From NCBI RefSeq assembly GCF_006345805.1, contig NW_021826606.1, positions 1 to 12,132 of the forward strand: a stretch of 12,132 nucleotides of DNA, in the 5' to 3' direction. Positions 9,575 through 12,132 of the stretch are shown in pieces. Position 1 is the first letter of the stretch; each line of letters opens with the position of its first letter. The DNA is from Octopus sinensis (taxonomy: Eukaryota). The translations under genes were made by a program, and so were the position numbers. The notes under the pieces are model-generated. The model had not been told where the DNA came from, made no database searches, and saw only the letters and a list, made by a program, of their open reading frames with translations.

Positions 9575-10255
9575 AACAACAACAACAACAGCAGCAACAA
9601 TCAGAAAAAGTAATCAATTTCATTCCTGACGTTTTGAAATTTGACCTGACCCTGACACTGCCCCCTGACCCTTGAACCATCCCCGACCACACCCCCTCTC
9701 CGTCGGGGAGGGGGAAGAGAGATTGGTTTCTACTTCGCAGCCGAATTCTTAACTATTTCTGTCTTGTAAAATATTGCATTGGAATTTAGAAGTTCAGCTC
9801 AATGATGACCTCACTGGGTCAAAGGTCAGTCGTTGTAGTAGTAATGTGTGGGTTGTAGTACGGGAGTGATGGTGGTGGTGGTGGTGGTGCTGGCGGTGGT
9901 AGTGGCGACGGTGGTGGTTGTGGTGGTCTAGTTAACATTATAGGAATGAGGATGATAAAGATGGTGAAGAGGGGAGGAGGAGGAGGAGAGTGGTAGTGGT
10001 GGTGGTGGGGTAAAAGTAGTGATGACAATTGTATTGATAATAGTGATGGCTGTGGTGGTTGTGGTGGTGGTAGTGGTAGTGGTGGTGGGTGGAGATGGTG
10101 AAAACGGTGGTATTGATGATAATAGTGGCGGCAGCAGTGGTTGTAGTTGTGATGATGGCTGCGGAAGTGGTGGTGGTGGTAGTGGTGGTGGTGGTGGTAG
10201 TGGTGGTGGTGGTGGTGGTGGTGGTGGCGGTAGTGGTGGTGGTGATTGGTGTTGG
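9506..10255. repeat. (CAA)n tract (9506-9600) and degenerate (GGT)n tract (about 9865-10255)
   Basis: Directly visible. Unique sequence lies between them at about 9600-9865. Confidence 0.9.
9816..9828 (+). promoter_or_regulatory. Candidate nuclear-receptor DR1 element GGGTCA-A-AGGTCA
   Basis: Exact match to RGGTCA-N-RGGTCA, with more half-sites nearby. Motif only, with no functional evidence. Confidence 0.35.
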
Positions 10256-10446
10256 TGAATATGCCCCAGTTAATCTCTTGATTAAATTGATACAAGATTA
10301 AAGTCAGTGACATGAGAGAGATTTAGCTGCTATTTCTAACATATCGAATGAATACTTAAAAGGAGCCTCGACATCTCTCCTTATGGCTGTTTGTTTTTAG
10401 CCCCAGGTCTGTCAGTATTTACTCAATACATAACATATATATACAC

Positions 10447-10510
<64 letters not shown>

Positions 10511-10570
10511 TATATATTATATATATTATATATATTATATATAATATATATATATATATGGTATATATAT

Positions 10571-10678
10571 AGGCACAAGAGAGGCTGTGTAGTGTGAACT
10601 TTGCTTCCCAACCATATGGTTCTGGGTTCACTTCCACTGCGTGCACCTTGGCCTAGTGTCTTCTCTATAGCTCGGGCT
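10571..10678 (+). mobile_element. 3'-truncated SINE of the same family as 8772-8927
   Basis: TTGCTTCCCAACCATATGGTTCTGGGTTCACTTCCACTGCGTGCACCTTGGCCTAGTGTCTTCTCTATAGCTCGGG aligns to the reverse complement of about 8832-8911. It follows a (TA)n tract at 10425-10570. Confidence 0.85.
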
Positions 10679-10891
10679 ATAATATACGGGACGCTGAAAT
10701 CTACAGGCTTTTTATCAATTTATTTCTTATTTATCCTTTAAAAGAGCGTAAGCTCGAAACGTAAAAAGGTTTTAAGACCTTTCATTTTTCCCGAACGTTA
10801 CCCAGACGTGCTTGTTGTTTACACAGCTGCCTTCTTCTTTGTTTTTTCTATAAATTTCAACATATAATATTATATATATATATATATATAG

Positions 10892-10942
<51 letters not shown>

Positions 10943-11098
10943 CATATACATATACATATATATATGTACGTATGTATATAATATATATATGTGTGTGTGT
11001 GTGTATGTATGTATATATATATAGTATGTGGGTGCATGTGTTAGATGTAACCATCTTGTCTTTATATACGTTATCTATGCGGACATAAAAAGAAATAT

Positions 11099-11164
11099 CA
11101 GTTGGACTGGTTTCAGTCCTCTATTAGGATTTCATCAGTCCTCTATTGGTTCCATCAGTAACTG
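11099..11164 (-). ncRNA. Minimal type I hammerhead ribozyme with internal duplication
   Basis: Minus strand CAGTTA-[CTGATGGaaccaatagagga]-CTGATGA-aaTCCT(aatag)AGGAct-GAAAC-ca-GTC-cAACTG. It has the full core, stem II, a minimal stem III, a GUC triplet and stem I CAGTT/AACTG. Confidence 0.8.
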
Positions 11165-11593
11165 CCCACAGAAACACTATTTATAAACTCACAATATACT
11201 GAAAGTTTCGGTGAACTGGAGGGACTGATTTGCATGTATAACGCATTTTTATGGCCGTTAATTCGTCAATTAACAGTGCATAGCTTTAATGCCCTATACT
11301 GTATCCAGAATATATCTGTAAAAGATTGATTTGGAACCCAAACAACTGAAAGAGAGCTACCAGAGATGCAGCTATGACAGCTGAAATCAGTGCAAGGCGG
11401 TTGTGGTTGGCTAGAGACCGCAGAATGTGTTTTTTGTGTGGGTGAAGGTAAAGTATACAGATCAGGAGGCGAAACACTTGAGACCTTGATATATCTGCCG
11501 AAGGGATAGTTTTAGACACCATTGGAAGAAAAGCTTGCAATATTTTAAAGTTGGTTCTGCAGTTTCTGCAAGGAACAAAACATATCATTTCAG

Positions 11594-12012
11594 TGACGAG
11601 CTGGCAGAAACGTTAGCACGCCGGACGAAATGCTTTGAGGTATTTACACTGTGTGGATGGTAAGAATTGAAGTTCAAATTTCGCCGAGGTCGACTTTGCC
11701 TTTCATCTTTTCGGGGTCGATAAATTAAGTACCAGTTTCACACTGGGGTCGATGTAATCAACTTAATCCCTTTGTCTGTCCTTGTTTGTCCCCTCTGTGT
11801 GTAACCCCTTGTGGGCAGTAAAGAAATAGGTATTTTGTCTGCCGTTATGTTTTGAGTTCAAATTCCGCCGAAGGCGACTTTACCTTTCGTCCTTTCGGGG
11901 TCGGTTAAATAAGTACCAGTTTCGCACTGGGGTCGATGTAATTGACTTAATCCCTTTGTCTGTCCTTATTTGTCCCCTCTATGTTTAGCCCCTGTGGGCA
12001 ATAAAGACATAA
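11594..12012 (+). mobile_element. Dimeric SINE with 12-bp TSD
   Basis: Unit 1 spans 11594 to about 11828. Unit 2 spans about 11829-12012 and lacks the first 45 nt or so. B-box-like GAGTTCAAATTCC is present. Exact direct repeat ATATCATTTCAG at 11582-11593 and 12013-12024. Confidence 0.93.
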
Positions 12013-12132
12013 ATATCATTTCAGCCTTCACTGCCTGCATAGACAGATGTAGACATCTTGTCTTTCTATAACATATCTTCTATCCGGGGAGAGATGCTCT
12101 ATATAAAGACAAGCCTATTTCTATTCATTTCA

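Noticed and set aside
9819-10313. His/Pro-rich and Gly/Val-rich ORFs
   Set aside because: Degenerate (GGT)n repeat.
11286-11588. 100-aa minus-strand ORF
   Set aside because: No recognisable motif, and its start lies in the SINE TSD.
11594-12012. CRISPR-like array
   Set aside because: Only two SINE units in eukaryotic DNA, with no repeat-spacer periodicity and no cas genes.

Overview
AT-rich, microsatellite-dense eukaryotic DNA made almost entirely of transposon debris. The SINE types resemble octopus/cephalopod repeats, but this is recognition from memory, not a search result. No host protein-coding gene, rRNA, intact tRNA or CRISPR array is supported, and most predicted ORFs are translations of simple repeats. 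Contents: a 3'-truncated mariner (DD34D) pseudogene inserted in a (TCTA)n tract; a 3'-truncated maT/DD37D-like transposon; at least three families of tRNA-derived SINEs, two insertions with clean TSDs; and an internally deleted Penelope-like retroelement (RT plus GIY-YIG remnant). The Penelope 3' end carries a tRNA-like Pol III cassette, a microsatellite and a hammerhead ribozyme remnant. There is also a second hammerhead-bearing non-coding unit of about 570 nt and a foldback of about 175 bp. The most unusual observation is a SINE at 11594-12012 whose segment between its Pol III boxes is replaced by a 32-nt piece matching the Penelope RT (28/32, antisense).
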